Shown: positions 1 through 14,080, counted from the whole stretch's first letter. The stretch: DNA of 63,560 bases, filler included, from Folioceros fuciformis (GCA_049999805.1; 6 parts of 6 records of this genome joined end to end with filler, not necessarily neighbours in it), one strand, 5' to 3'. Notes: generated from the sequence alone by a model not told the origin. Translations and numbers: made by a program.

Positions 1-382
1 CAAGCAATTAGCCAGCCTATCGTCAGACCCTGACATACCCAGATACCCGTTCCTATGTTCAAACCATTATTATATTATTATATTATTATTTAATCATTTA
101 ATATTATATATCTTTAATTAATATTAAACTAATCACCCAACCCTATGGCCTGGTGCCGAACCTAAACCTTCCCAGGTTTGGGACCAAACCTATACCCACT
201 CTTATAACCAAGCTAACTATTTCCTGGTCAATTAACCTAATTAGCACAAAGAAAAATAGGAAAAATGACCAGAAAATCAAGGAAAATTAGGGAAAATAAG
301 TTGAAAAAGAAAACCAAACCATACCACTATTAACCCTTTTTCAACCAAAACAAACTACTACCCCAAACTTTGGAGGTTCACA
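1..382. mobile_element. LTR terminus (partial), same family as 19723-20224
   Basis: Near-identical to ~19822-20224. Similarity ends at ...GGAGGTTCACA in both copies, i.e. a TG...CA LTR end (TGTGAACCTCC on the minus strand). Confidence 0.7.
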
Positions 383-1299
383 GTCAGACTGTCACTTCGT
401 GAGCTCTTGGAGGTACTCTCTTCATGAGCTCTTGTGGTCTGTCTCTGCTTGGTTTAGGACCTACAGTGTGTTGCCGGCTGTGCAATGTCTGGTAGGATCG
501 CAAGCCGCATGTTGCCGGTTGTACAGTGTCTAGTAGGATCACAAGGTGTAATGACCAGGGTGAAGGGGCTTGCCCCTAGCTCTTGATTGTAAAGGATGTG
601 TCTTTCTCTTGACCTGTCCACTCTTGTTCCCTGTTTGGACAAGTGCTGTAGGCTAGCCATGTTTCATGGCGTCTGGTAAGGTTGTGGGGAGGAGATATCC
701 GAGAGGGGAGTGTGTTCCTTTCTTTCTTTTCTTTGGGGTTAGTCTAGTGACTCTTGCCGGGTAGGAGGAGTTAGTAGGGAAGTGTAGAAGGTAGTGGTGT
801 CGTTGTTAGTTGCTGGTGTTGGTGCTAGAGTGAGAGAGTGAGTGAAGTGAGTGAGAGAAGTCGCAGATCTGAAAGATTAGGGTCGTTGTAGTGACTGGAG
901 TGAGTTTGTGGGCACCGAGAGAGGTGCAGCTGACCGCTGGACAGTGAGGCCTGTCCTACGCCTGATCGGAGCTGGAGGGGAGCCCTCGAATCCATCATCG
1001 AGTTGATTGAGTCCGACCCTCCATCCACAGCAGCAAGGAACCCCATCGCTCCTTCGNNNNNNNNNNNNNNNNNNNNNNNNNNNNNNNNNNNNNNNNNNNN
1101 NNNNNNNNNNNNNNNNNNNNNNNNNNNNNNNNNNNNNNNNNNNNNNNNNNNNNNNNAGTCCGACCCTCCATCCACAGCAGCAAGGAACCCCATCGCTCCT
1201 TCGTGGGAATAGAACCCAATGTCTCAACAACAGTGGGATAAGTGTGGCCACTAAAGGTGGAACATGTCGGCAATCAGTGCCCGGGGCTTTGCCTCCACA
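383..1299 (-). mobile_element. Unassigned non-coding insert, possibly another LTR, interrupting copia A downstream of integrase
   Basis: Minus strand begins TGTGGAGGCAAAGCCCCGG at 1299, contains CT/CA-rich stretches and no recognisable protein. The other end is cut by the 1-382 LTR. Confidence 0.3.
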
Positions 1300-3472
1300 G
1301 TCTGTAACAGGTAAATCGATGGAAGCAGTAATAGGAACATGAACTGTTTCTGTGGACTGTTTTAAACCTGTGGTAGAGTCAGAATCAAACAAATCGTAAT
1401 CACTAGTATGAGATTCAAAGATGGGAGGTGATAGAGGTGTGTCCATAGGTGGGACAATTACATCTGTAAAAGAAGGATCCGAGATAGGAAATTCAACAAC
1501 ATCTAAATCTACCTCTGAGGGTAAGTTATCTTCTGATTCAGATACTAAGACTGGATATTCATAGTCTGCAGGATCAACCACCTCTGAAGGCTTCAAGACC
1601 GGGCGCTCATCAAATACAACAGTCCTAGCATGACTGACTTTTCATGAGGTAGGGTCAAAGAGCTTGTACCCATGAACTCCTGTAGTGTAGCCAATGAAGA
1701 TATGCCTTCTAGACTTGTAGGCAAACTTATGCCGCAGCTTGTTAGGGATGTGTGCATAGGCTACACTACCAAAGATACGAAGATGAGATAAGTCAGGCTT
1801 GTGACCTGTCCATGCCTCAAACGGTGTCACTCCACAAAGAGAAGAAATGGCAATCCTGTTTTGAAGATAAGTAGCAACTTGAACTGCTTTTGCCCAAAAT
1901 TGTATTGATGGCCTCCCTTGAAACAGTAAGGAATGAGCTGTATCCTGTATAGTACGATGTCTCCTCTCAGCCCTTCCATTCATGTCAGAGTGATAGGGAA
2001 TTGTCAACTGTCGAGTGATCCCCTTATCCTGACAGAACTGTTGGAAGGCCTACGTAGAAAGATACTCTTTCGCATTGTCTGAACATCTGCACTTTAATTA
2101 CTTGCCTGTTTGTCGTTTAGCATAAGCTAAGTATCTTTTAAAACTCTCAAAAACCTCGCTCTTATGCTGCAGAAGCTCCGTCATGGTGAAATGAGACATA
2201 TCATCTTCAAATACAACAAAGTAACGACCTCCTCCCCATGAGGCCACAGACATGGGACGATAGATGTCTGTATGGATGAGATCAAGAACACCTGTGGGTC
2301 TGCGTGGCTTACCATTGCCAAAATGGGACTTAGACTGTTTCCCATGTACACAAGCCACACACAAATCCAAGTCAGATAATTCGGATTCTGTAAATCTTGT
2401 TACCATTTTTTCTTTGAGTAGCCTTCGCATAGCCTTAATGTTGGGGTGGCCAAGCCGGCAATGCCAATGAAAGGCCTTACTTGCAATTGACTTCACTCCA
2501 GCTGCGTGTGCTGTAGGCTTAGATGAAGTCGGGGAAACAAAATCCAGCATATATAGATCATACAAGGGAGAACCCCTAGATATGACCCTAGTGGGAGAGT
2601 CCAATGTAGAGATCACACACGACGTACCCTCGAAGGTGATTCTGTAGAGACCAGTCTTACCAAGTGCCATGGTGCTCACCAAGTTTTTAGCAAGCAAAGG
2701 TACATGTAAGGTATTCTCTAGCCTCAAAGTCCCTCCATCCTTCAAGGAGATTTGGACTGTTCCAACACCCTTGATGGGGACTCTGAATTATCTCCTAATG
2801 AAACTGCTGATTTGTGGCAGGTTGGAACACGTTCATATGTAACAAACTGCTTTCGAGATGAGCACATGTGATTCAATGCTCCACTGTCAAGAAACCATCG
2901 ATGTGAATCACAAGCAACTGAATTAAGACAAGCTATAAGTAACCTTGGCGTCGAGGCTCTCGCAGTATGTCCTTCATGTTGCTTTCCCTTTGATGCCTCA
3001 TCTGCTTTCTGTTTCCTGCAATCTTTGATCCAATGCCCTGGCTTATTGCAGTAATTGCAGTAATCGGGCTTCTTCCCACCTTGAAGAGAGGTGCTATTTC
3101 CATAATTGGATGACTAGCCTCTACCACTTCCAAAGCCTCCTCATCCTCTACTTCTGCCTCGGCCTCATCCTCATCTCGAGAACAAAGTAGTATCAGTCTA
3201 TCTGTGGGAAGAACCTGCTCCACTAAACCCTGATTTATGCATGTGCTTTGTGTTAGCCTCTGCTTGTAGCAAAGCTCCAACTTACCTTTGCATTGTTATG
3301 TTTGTTGTACCTTTGCACTGTATGGCTGCCTTGGACTCAAAAATTATAACACCACATGAAGCAAGCTTATCTCTTGCAGCTCGAAACCTTGCAACATGTG
3401 CTTCGATAGAATCATTCTCTCCCATGCACAAGTTTGGAAAGTTAAGTGTGAAGGATCGCTTCAGGAGCCACA
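1300..3472 (-). mobile_element. Degraded Ty1/copia element A (gag C-terminus, protease, integrase; no RT visible)
   Basis: Gag MGENDSIEAHVARF, zinc knuckle CNYCNKPGHWIKDC (~3015-3060), protease WFLDSGALNHMC (~2863-2898), WHCRLGHP, integrase LDLIHTD...NGRAERRHRTI...HLRIFGS. Multiple stops and frameshifts. Confidence 0.9.
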
Positions 3473-6400
3473 TGGTGAAGGAGGAGAGGAGGAGGCAAGG
3501 AGGAGAGGAGAAAGAGAGGTCGCACTCTCACACAGAGTCTCACATTGCAAGCGAGCTCAAGGGGTAAATTATACCCTATAGAAAAGCTCCCTACGAAGCT
3601 TCTCAAGAAGCGCACAGGAAGCTGCGCAAGAAGCTTCCTACATATTAGCTTAAGCTAATCTAAACTAATGGTACTTAACTAGACACTAATCTTAGACTAA
3701 ACACATTAGTCTAAGCACATTGGGCTTTAATAACCCTACAACCTCCCACTTAAAGGCCAATTTACCTTCATAGGAGAGTGGTCTACCTCATGCCCATGAG
3801 TGTCCGAGCTTGTGCGAATTGCTCTGAAGCAAGCCCCCTGGTAAGAATATATGCAGGGTTTTAATTGGTGTGAACTTTGACAAGCTGTGCCCTCTTGTCT
3901 TCCAACACCTCTCGAACGAAGTGATATTTCACATGTTTGGTCTTCCACATGTTTGGTCTTCGCATGAAACACTGGATTCTTCGCCGATTGGATAGCACTC
4001 TGGCTATCACAATGCAACACTGGCAGCTCAACCTTGATCCCCAAGTCTCCCACTAAACGAGCAAGCCACATGGCTTCCTTGCACGCCTCAGTCGCTGCAA
4101 CATACTCGGCCTTTGTGGTAGATAGCGTTATGCACGATTGCAAACGAGATCGCCATGAGACTGCCCCTCTAGTGCACATGAAGACATAACCTGATGTGGA
4201 CCTCCTTTTGTCCATATCCCTTGCATAATCAGCATCCGTATATCCCATGACAGATGCATCTTCACTACCAAAACATAACCACAAAGCTTTCGTACCATTT
4301 AAGTACCTCATAACTCCTTTCACTGCCTCTCAATGCTTCCTACCAGGGTTTGACTTAAACCTGCTAACCACTCCCACTGCAAAAGCAATGTCAGGACGTG
4401 TAGCAATCATTGCATACATCAAACTCCCTACAACAGTTGATGAGTATGGAACCTTCTTCATTTCAGCTTTGTCCTCCGCAGAACTTGGGCAATCCTAGCT
4501 TGAAAGTTTCACATATGGAGGCAACGGAGTACTCAATACCTTCCCCTTCTCCATATTGAAACGTTCAAGCACCTTGTTAATGTATTCAGTCTGAGACAAG
4601 TAAAGCAAATGCTTCTGCCTGTCTCGACGAATACGCATGCCAAGAATATGGCTTGCCTCTCCCAAGTCTATCATGTCAAAGCAAGCATTCAACTTTGACT
4701 TCAATGCTGAAATCTCATCACTACTATTCCCAGCAATTAGCATATTATCCACATAGAAGACCAAAATGAGCAAGCTTCCATCCTTAGCTTGCTTCGTATA
4801 GAGGCAATGATCCTCCTCGCTACGCTTGTAGCCTTGAGAAAGCATAAATGAGTGCAACTTGTAATACCACTCCCTGGGTGCCTACTTCAAACCATAAAGG
4901 CTCTTCTTTAACCTGCACACTAGATTCTCTTTGCCCTTCTCAATAAAACCCTCTGGTTGCTGCATGTATACCTCTTCCTGGAGATTACCATGTAGAAATG
5001 CCAACTTCACATCGGGATGGACAAGTTCCATGTCGTTCCTCGCAACCAGACCAAGAACACATCACAAGGTGGTCATTTTGACAACTGGTGAGAAAATCTC
5101 ATCAAAGTCAATACCTTGCTGTTGCTTAAAACCCTTAGCAACCAATCGTGCCTTATACTTGGGTTTGCCATAATGGGGTATGTCCTTCATCTTATACACC
5201 CATTTGCATGGCAACGCCTTCTTGCCCCTAGGCAACCGAACCAACTCCCAAGTTTGGTTCTTATGGAGCGAATCCATCTGCGACTGCATCGCCTTCTTCC
5301 ACTTGTCCTTGTCAATCACTGACATGGCCTCTTCATAACAAGAGGGCTCCCCACAATCCGTCAGCATGACATAATTAACAGATGCAACATACCTGTCAGG
5401 AGGACGTGAAATCCTTCCTGACCTCCGAAGCACTGGCGCCTCGACCGGAGCTGGTTGCACTCTCTTCTTCTACAAGGGGAGGAACGGGTTCATGTACATC
5501 ACGACGTTCAACCTGCGCGGGAAAGTCAAGTCCATCTTCTTGGAAGACCACTCGTCGCACCTCCACAATTGGAGTAGGCTTGTTGTGCATCTTGGTCTCA
5601 TTGAAGAACACATCATTGCTGCGAACCATCTTCTTGGCCTCTGGATCCCATAGACGGTATCCCATCTTACCAGATTCACCATAGCCAAAAAAAATACATT
5701 TTCTTGACTTGGGAGCCAACTTGTCCCGAAACTCCTTCAGAACATGGGAGTATGCCTCGCATCCAAACACTTGTAGATGCTTGTATGACGGCTTCTTTCC
5801 ATACCACATCTCTTCTAGAACCTGCTCATCCACAGCCTTATTAGGAGATTTGTTAATTAGATGCAACGTAATAACCACTGCTTCTGCCCAAAATCCATTA
5901 GGCAATCGAGAGTTTGACAACAAACTACGCATCCTCTCCTGGATGGTCTTGTTCATCCGTTCAGCCACACCATTCTGGGGAGGAGTATACGGGGCAGTCA
6001 ATTCTCTCTTGATTCCCTTGGAATCACATAATGACTGAAAAGCTTTCGAAACGTACTCTCCCCCATTGTTTGTCCTTAGACACTTCAATCACAGGCTAGA
6101 CTGATTCTCCACAAGGGTGACGAATTTCTGAAACACTAACAGAACATCATCGTTTTTCCTCAAAGGATAAACCCACACCTTGCGTGAGAAATCATTAATG
6201 AAATTGACAAAATAGGATGCAACGCCTAACGATACAGTGGGCATAGGTCCACAAACGTCACTGTGAACCAATTCAAGAGGTTTACTTTTGTGTTTACCTC
6301 TTGCTCCATGTGGTGACTTCGTCTGTTTCTCATACAAACCGTGGTCACATACGGAGAAATTAGAAAAGTCAAAAGCAGGGACGTAACCAAAATAAGATAA

Positions 6401-7282
6401 GATCTTCATTGCTTTTTGAGACATATGTCATAAGCGACAATGCCATAAGGAAACACTTGGTTGTTCTGTTACACAAATCACATGATTCTTGACAGTGGTT
6501 ACCTGAATTGAGTACAAAGTGCCGCACTTCGATTCACGAGCTAACATAAGAGAACCTTTGGAGATCTTCCAAGAACGATCCCCAAACAAACAGTGGAAAG
6601 ATGCTCCAGAGTCAACTATCCAACTAGAGAATAAGTGACTCTCTACGGTTGTCAGTTGTGCAGCATCGAAGGAAAAAGAGATAAGAACATCTCCATCGTC
6701 AACTGAATTCACCTCATCAGGCTTGATACTCGAGCTTGCCTTGTTGTCGCTCCGTTTCTTCTTTCCTTTGTCCTTCTTGAACTTCTCGCAATCCCTTCTG
6801 ATGTGACCCTCCTTGTGACAATGGTAACACTCAATATTGTTACGACTACGAGATTTACTATGGGAAAGACTTCGCTCCTTGTACTTCCCCTTTGAAGTAG
6901 ACCTTCCTCTCACCATGAGGGCATCGAAACCTTTCAAAGGTTCCATATTCTTCCTGTTCACCTCCTCTGTTAAGAGGCTACCTTCTACATTTACAACAGT
7001 ATGACCACTGGTAGGAGCGGAATTACTCAGAGCTGTACGAAAGGTGTCTCAACTCTCTGGTAATGTGACCAACAGAAACATAGCTCTCACGGAATCTGGG
7101 AACAAGATACCTTGAGCTGAGAGCTAGCTGAAAATGGTATTGAACTCATTCAGATGATCGAACATCCTCGTCCCTTCCTTCATCTTCAAGTCCACCAGCT
7201 GTTTCAACCAGTACACCTGAGAAGCCGCACTTTGCTTCTCATACAAGTCACACAACTTCTGCCATAGCTCGTAACTTGTGGT
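3473..7282 (-). mobile_element. Degraded Ty1/copia element B (Tnt1-like): gag-PR-INT-RT-RNase H, PPT and partial 3' LTR
   Basis: [72 protein letters not shown]. Polypurine tract AAGTGGGAGGT at 3741-3751 precedes LTR start TGTAGGG at 3740. Many stops, an internal deletion after the protease motif and a 16-bp tandem duplication near 3930-3961. Confidence 0.93.
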
Positions 7283-9425
7283 TGCAAAGCAAAGCCTAGG
7301 AATAGTCTAGCGTCAGCTACTCAACAGCTAGGCTAAGTTAAATAAGTTTTAGCTAGGGTTAGATACCTAATGTAAAAAGACACATAATAACAAAAAAATA
7401 CCTAACCGTTATAGCGTATGGCATAAGACACTAGACATTGTTTTGTATTTTTACACAATCATTCTCATGTAACATGCTTCTCTTGATTTTTGTATGGTAT
7501 CAGAGCTTGGTGGTAAGCGATGTCATGGAGAGGAGGAGATTGTGATCCTTCCTTTTGAAAAAAAGAAAGAAACAAACAAACCACGGCAACTGCACTGTGG
7601 CAGTGACCTATGAGGTGATCATGCCTTGCAGCGGCGCGGCAGAAATCTATGGCAGGCACAGGCAAAGGTGGCAACATCTACGGCAACAACTGAGGCAGGG
7701 AATCAGACCCTGCAGCGGCCGCGGCAGCAACAAATAGTGCTAGCAGGCCGCTACTGTAGCAGCCTGGGTAGGTGCAAGCCGCAGTGGCAACAATCTCAAG
7801 CAAAAACAGTGATGCAGTGATGCACTGATCAAACCCACACACATGGCGGCATGACGGCTGTGAATGATGAAAAATCAGGCCTAGCAAAGGCATGACAGCA
7901 ATCGATGGCAAACTCAAGCACCAGCGGCAAGGATTGGAGGCAGAATCAGGCCGCGGCGGCAACAATTTCGACGGAGCTTTCGGCGGCAGCAATCAAACTG
8001 CCACTTGGTGCTCCTGCACATGGGACTGTGCATCTTTGATGGATGCACGCGATGGCACCAAACTTGTGATGAATTCATGGCACAAGGCACTATGGTGGCA
8101 GTGCTCGCTGTAGTGACATCTAAGGCATGAACAGGCCACGGCGGCAAAGATTGGAGGCAAGAGCAGGCCATGGTGGTAGCAATTGTAGGTAGGAGCAGGT
8201 TATGGTGGCACCAATCTCAAAGGCAAAAGAAAAAAAAACTTGATGCAGCGGCTGGGTGAACTGCAGGGTGCGGTAGCAAGTGTGCACTTCTGAGACTGGA
8301 GCAGGCCACCGCGATCCATCCAAATTTGAGGGGGAGGAAAGGCCACGCTGAGGCCGCACACAAGCTCCTGCACCTGAACGGCAGCTAATTTGTTCTTTTA
8401 ATGACACAACCTACTACCATGGTTAATGCCTTTGAAGAGGTCACTCTCAGTAGAGAGGCCACAAGCAGAAGCAGAGGAATACACTCGAACACCCTGCTAG
8501 TGAGATCCTGTTCTGAGTCACCACCTTTGAAATTCTCTATCTCAGCACCAGCACCAGCACATCACTGCATCAAACGGGTTACCATGGCGAGTGTTACACG
8601 CCTTGATTTCAAGGATAAGGACAGGTTCTCCGGGGCAAACTATGATGTCTGGGCTCGTAGGGTCAAGACCTTGCTGCAAGTCGAGGAATTGTGGGACATC
8701 GTGGATGGCACAATCTCCAAGCCAGGGGCCAACACACCGTAGGCCGATGTTGCAGTTTGGACGAAGAAAGACCTTAGAGCAAGGGCCATACTGGAGGCCA
8801 CCATCGATAGTTCAATGATCCACCACATTGATGATGCCTCTGGATCACACATGGCGTGGACAGCCTTGTCACAAATGTTTGCGACCACAAATCAGTCCCC
8901 CCTGGTACATGCCACCAGATCTTTTTGGAATTGTAAGATGAAGGACACGGACAGTGTTGAGGAGCATGTGATGCGATTTTGCCAACTTAGACAGAAGCTG
9001 GCATCCACAGGCATGACAGTCAAGGAGTTGCAAGCTTCGGTGGCTTTGCTCATGTCATTGCCAGACAAATACCAGGTACTTGTCAGCACACAAAACAGCA
9101 GCTTGAGGATTGCTACTGCTGCTACTGTGTCCTTATCCAACACAATTTGTGCTTTGCTCGAGGAGGAAGCTACCATGCACTCGAGCCGTGGAGGCCAAAG
9201 TTCGCACAACCAGGTCCTTTATGCTGGCAGAGGAGGAAGAGGGGGTCGTGGTGGCCGCTTTACTACAAGACCACCATCGCAGGGAAGAGGCAAGACAAAT
9301 GAAGGTCGAGCTCCGCCAAACCCCAACCATAGGAAACTCACCTGTAACTAGTGCCGTCTTCTAGGCCACATAGAGGCCGACTGTAGAAAGAAAAAAGCCG
9401 GGGAGCCGAGGAGAGCACTTGAGGC
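7283..9425 (+). mobile_element. Ty1/copia element C, 5' part (LTR, PBS, long leader, degraded gag), cut by scaffold end
   Basis: LTR ~7283-7494 (TGCAAA...TTTGTA), PBS at 7495, gag FSGANYDVWARRVKTLL...LWDIVDG, MKDTDSVEEHV, LLMSLPDKY and zinc knuckle CN*CRLLGHIEADC, with in-frame stops. Confidence 0.88.
7495..7506 (+). promoter_or_regulatory. Primer-binding site (initiator tRNA-Met) of copia C
   Basis: Exact TGGTATCAGAGC directly after the LTR end. Confidence 0.9.
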
Positions 9426-9525
9426 NNNNNNNNNNNNNNNNNNNNNNNNNNNNNNNNNNNNNNNNNNNNTTAATTAATTAANNNNNNNNNNNNNNNNNNN
9501 NNNNNNNNNNNNNNNNNNNNNNNNN
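9426..9525. other. Artificial scaffold linker (44N-TTAATTAATTAA-44N)
   Basis: Six-frame stop palindrome centred in Ns; the identical structure recurs five times. Confidence 0.97.
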
Positions 9526-9945
9526 TCCCCCATCCCACCAAATTGAATGCAGTCAGCGCATCTCGTCAAGCATTACCGAAAAAAACCTAGAAGGCCAGAT
9601 TTACAAAAAGTTTCCAGGCTCAAGGTTACCCCACTAGGGATCCGAGAAGCCCATCAGGAAGTTTAAGCTTGCCCACATTTCTCCGCGCCAGCCACCCCCA
9701 AATTTGCTCAAAATGAGGGACGACTGAAGACACTAAGTGACTGCCAGCTGCCCCAAGAATGGGTACTTCTTCCATGAGAATTGGCCACTAATCAAGATGC
9801 ACCCCAATAAGGGTCCGTTTTCTACAAAGAATTCAGTCCTGCAACCACATCTTGAACAGCCAATGTACATGTCTGCAAGCTGGCAGTGAAAATGTGAAGT
9901 AGGAGGCAGCTCCCTCCCACTACGCTTCTCAACACCGAAACGGCT

Positions 9946-11516
9946 TCAATCTGAGTCACTATCCTCGCTGCACATGGCCTTCAGGCCCCTTGGCTTTTGC
10001 TGCGATCACAAAAAAGACAACTAAGTCTCAGTACAAAGGCCTTTGGATCAACCCAGCTCCACAACGCAATTGCAAATCACACTGCTGGGACATTCACCTT
10101 CTTCACGGACTTCTTTTCCCTAACTTCGTACCGCTCAGGCGTCATATCACAGAGGAATGACCCCGGATATATAAACTGAAGAACACAGAAGGCAAGTGTG
10201 CTCAGAACAGAGCAAGGTACCAATGAGCAAACAACAGAACTGATAAGCCATGCACCGCAACAATTACAGGTACAATTTGACGCGTCCAACGGTACAGACG
10301 CCAGTCCACTTACTTGTAAAGCCTTGTCGACAGCCTTTGGCCTCTTCTTGGGCCTTTGGGGAAGCTTACTCCCCTTGATTCCCATGAAATCATCCTCTTT
10401 CTCCTTCCGAGTCAGAGGGATCACAATCTTGGGCCACTCAAACTGGTCAAGATTCAGTTTCTCCGCTGTCCTTGGCCTGTCCTCTTGATTGTCAGCTTCC
10501 CTCCGAACTGTGGGTGACGTATGGGCTCGCAAAGGAACCCCACTCGTAGTTGCTAAGCCGGCATCATCCTTGCGAGCTTTGTCAGCCTCTTCCATTGTGT
10601 GCTGACGATTACTTGACGGGCAAGGGTTACTGTCACTTGCAGCAGCACCGTTGCCACCTTCACCCGATCTAAGTACAGTCCACACACATTACTCGGGTCA
10701 GGCCGCTGGCTCAATCAAACCTTAGCAACAGCACCACAAGGGAGCAAACCCTGGTGCAGGACTCACCTCCTTCCAGTGGCAAGGGTGTGGTTCTCCTGAG
10801 CGCTAGGGGTTGGAGGTATCACGACGTTTGTCCTAGATTGAACAGCCGCCTGGGCTTGACCTTGTGCTGCCCCAACTTGCTTGTCTGCTCTAACAAGGTG
10901 TCTATCCACTCTAATGCTCGTCTTCAGAGGGCCTGCAGAATCCTCGGCACCACTTTGCCTTCTTGGTAACCGTTTCCTCTGGCCCCACTGCAACATGAGG
11001 TCACCGCCGTCCTGCTTCTGCTGAAGGTCAGCTCTCAAATCCTCTCGGACGTGTTCTACGCTACTCTCACCGCTCTTCTTGTCCCGATCTTCTTGCGCCT
11101 TAGCCTGATGCGACGTCTGGGCGCTCTTGACCCTTCCGCCAGGCATCTTCACCACCTTCCCATGGAGGAGGAGATTGGAGGGTTTGGAAGCATCCTCACG
11201 CTCCTCCTTCTTCGCAGGCTGCTTCACGGGCGTCTTCTTGCCGGTTGCCTTGACGCCATGCTCCAAGCTGGCTGCAGTATTCCTGCGCAGGGGCACGCAA
11301 TGCACGAAAAGCGGCAATAAGCACGACAACCTCTTGCCTAGCACTCAACTCCGACGCATCGAACACCAAAAGGCGGCTTCAGATGACACACATCTCCCAC
11401 ACACTCTTTGCTGCTTTGCTGCTCAGGAAACAAGAGGCTAGTACGTACGCCTCAGGGGCAGGCAACAACAAAACTGCAGTCATCGGATCGTTCGCAAAAC
11501 CGCCTGACAGCCCCAT
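9946..11516 (-). CDS. DUF1639-family plant protein, 5 coding exons (11449-11516 or 11483, 10767-11282, 10314-10668, 10098-10175, 9946-9999)
   Basis: LQWGQRKR motif and C-terminal WPKIVIPLTRKEKEDDF...KLPQRPKKRPK...PG...ERYEVREKK...PRGLKAM...SDSD. GT-AG introns with matching phases. The start codon choice is uncertain. Confidence 0.88.
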
Positions 11517-14080
11517 CACACACACCACAAGGTCCGCAATCAAGCACCGCGCCGGGAGGCGGAGCCGGAGCCGGCGCCGCGACAAGCCAGGCCGGCAGCC
11601 AGGACCCGCTGAAAGCAATGCTTTGCAGACAGGATGCCCTCGGCGGCGAAACTGTTGAGGGTGGGAAGGCAGGCCGAGCACAACCGCAGATTTGGCAGCC
11701 AAAGCGGCAAGGCAAGGCAAGGCAGGGCAGGGCAGGCAAGCAGGGTAGGCAGGCCGGGGCAGGGGCAAGGGCACCCTGCTCTGCGCCTCGGCTCACTACC
11801 AAGAGCGCACACACACAAACACGACGGACACCATTCCCTCTAGAAGAACCCAGCCACCAGCGCTACCGCAAACAACACTCGCAGAGATCCAGCCCGATCA
11901 GAGCAGAGGCAGACAGAAAGCGGCACCATGTGCAAGGAATATACAGCAGCACTCAGTCGGCGACTTGTCCCGAGCCGCAACCAGATCAAATGCCGAGGAA
12001 CGAAACGGAGTCCCTCCTAGTAGCGATTGAGGTATCCACCTAAAGGCCAGAGANNNNNNNNNNNNNNNNNNNNNNNNNNNNNNNNNNNNNNNNNNNNNNN
12101 NNNNNNNNNNNNNNNNNNNNNNNNNNNNNNNNNNNNNNNNNNNNNNNNNNNNNTGCGGGCAGCGAAGACCGACCGAGCACTTCACACAGCCGGGGCCGAA
12201 GCCTCTCTCATCTCCCAACCCCCCCGCCGTCCTGCCGAGGGCAGGCGGAAGGCTGCGTACAATTGTCCCTCAAGCACACACAGGAAACACAAAACACACA
12301 GCCGCGAATGCGACTGTCGGCCGCATGAGGCCGGAGGAGGAGGAGAAGGAATCTGATGAGACAGGCGTAGGAAACCGAGAGCAACAGCAGCAGCGCCGGA
12401 GCGGAATGGATGCCAGCACTCGGCCCGGAACACAGGCCACGACACAAAATTGATACCACCAGCGATCACACAAGCACCAGGAGAAGGCAAGCACAGGCAG
12501 GGGAAAAGAAGAGTGAGCAGAGAGGCCGGGCCGGTGGCCTGCCCCTGCCTCCGCCCCGGGCCTCAAGAAACCGGCTGCGACAGCAATGAAATCTAGTCCC
12601 GGAGCAGACCTTTGGCAGAGGAGCAACAAGAACACGGAGCCGCGGGCCCAGGCATGCGCAGGCAACAGCACAATTCTTGAATCCGCGCAGACCGGGCCTC
12701 CTACGGGGGGAGAGCAGCAAGCAAGAAGAAGAGCGCAACAAACCTCATGGTATACGCCTGGTCGGCCCGGCAATCTTTCGGTGAAAACCCGGTGTGCAGC
12801 CAGGCCGCGGTGCTGCATGTGAGGCGGCAATGGCTCAGGCATACACCCCGCGGCAGCGGGCACACAAATCAGACCACGGCCAAGCGGATTGAACACCCTC
12901 GTGTCAAGAACCGGGACTTAGAGCGGCCCCTCCTCCGACTGCCAGGGGCATTCAGCACCAAATCAGCGCCTGCCTAGGCCGGATTGGCAAGGCAGCAGGC
13001 CCTAGGCACTCAATCCCTCACAGGCTCCACCTCCTCCACTCCACCGCTTCTCCTCCTCCTCTTCCCCTTCCCCCTTCCACCTCCGGACCTCGTCTCCTCC
13101 GAATCCGGTCACACTCGCTTCATTCACCTCAGAGCGGGAGCACCAGCAGCAGCGGCGCAGGAGAAGCTCGGCTGCAGCAGCCAGGGAAGCACAGCAGGCA
13201 AGATCGGCGCACCACCATGTTGCTGCGGGGGGAGGAGCTGCGCCGCGTCAGGGGACCGAGCATTTGCAGCGCGCTTGAGCAACGAGCGAGGGAGGCAAGG
13301 GGAAGAGCAGACAGACAGGCAGACACACACACACACACATAGAGCGCAGCGCTGCACTGCACTGCAGAGCTCGAGGAGGGCAAGTGCGCAAAGGCAGGCA
13401 GCCTCTGATGAGGCAGAGAAGGGCAAGGGCAGGCGAGGAGAGTCGAGGCGAGGGCAGGGCAGGGCAGGGCAGGCCAGGGCTGGGCTGGCTCAAGTGCACA
13501 CGCGCTGTGTCTGCCTCCGCTTCGCCACTTCTCTATCTCTGTCTACCGCAACACCACGGCCTCGGCCTCAGGCTGAATGCTGTGCCTTCGTATTCGCTTC
13601 TCTCTAACAGCGGGAGCCTACCCTCTTCCCGTTTATACTAACCCGGTCCCATCCGGGCTCCAACATTTCTCCAACCCATACCATTTTAACCCCCTGATTT
13701 CATATTCATTTTCCTTCTGGTCCCGCCACCGGCCCGGCCTGGCCCCGGTCAATTTCGCCTCGCCCTCGTCTCTACCCTTCCTCTTCTCTTCGCTTCTTCC
13801 GACTCGGGTTCAGTCCAACCAACCCAACTCCACTGTACTGCCTTCCTCCGCAAGACATCCGATGGCACCATTTGCTTTTACGCTTGGCATCCAAAAGTTA
13901 GTTAATACAGGAACGAGTTACTCTTAACTTGGATCTTTCCCTTCCTAAATTTGGAAAGTAATTGAATCTAATACTTCATTCACAAAGCGGATAATTCCTC
14001 CCTACACTTGAATTGTGATGTACTTCATATAAATCTTTTGAATTTTAAAAACGTTGGCTCATTTCGGAGTGCAGCCAACA

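Noticed and set aside
1010..1203. Identical 47-bp sequence on both sides of a 100-N gap
   Set aside because: Typical unmerged contig overlap; most likely an assembly artefact rather than a real repeat.
11520..13620. Many overlapping ORFs of 80-210 aa
   Set aside because: GC-rich, microsatellite-laden sequence upstream of the DUF1639 gene with no recognisable domains; probably 5' leader and introns.
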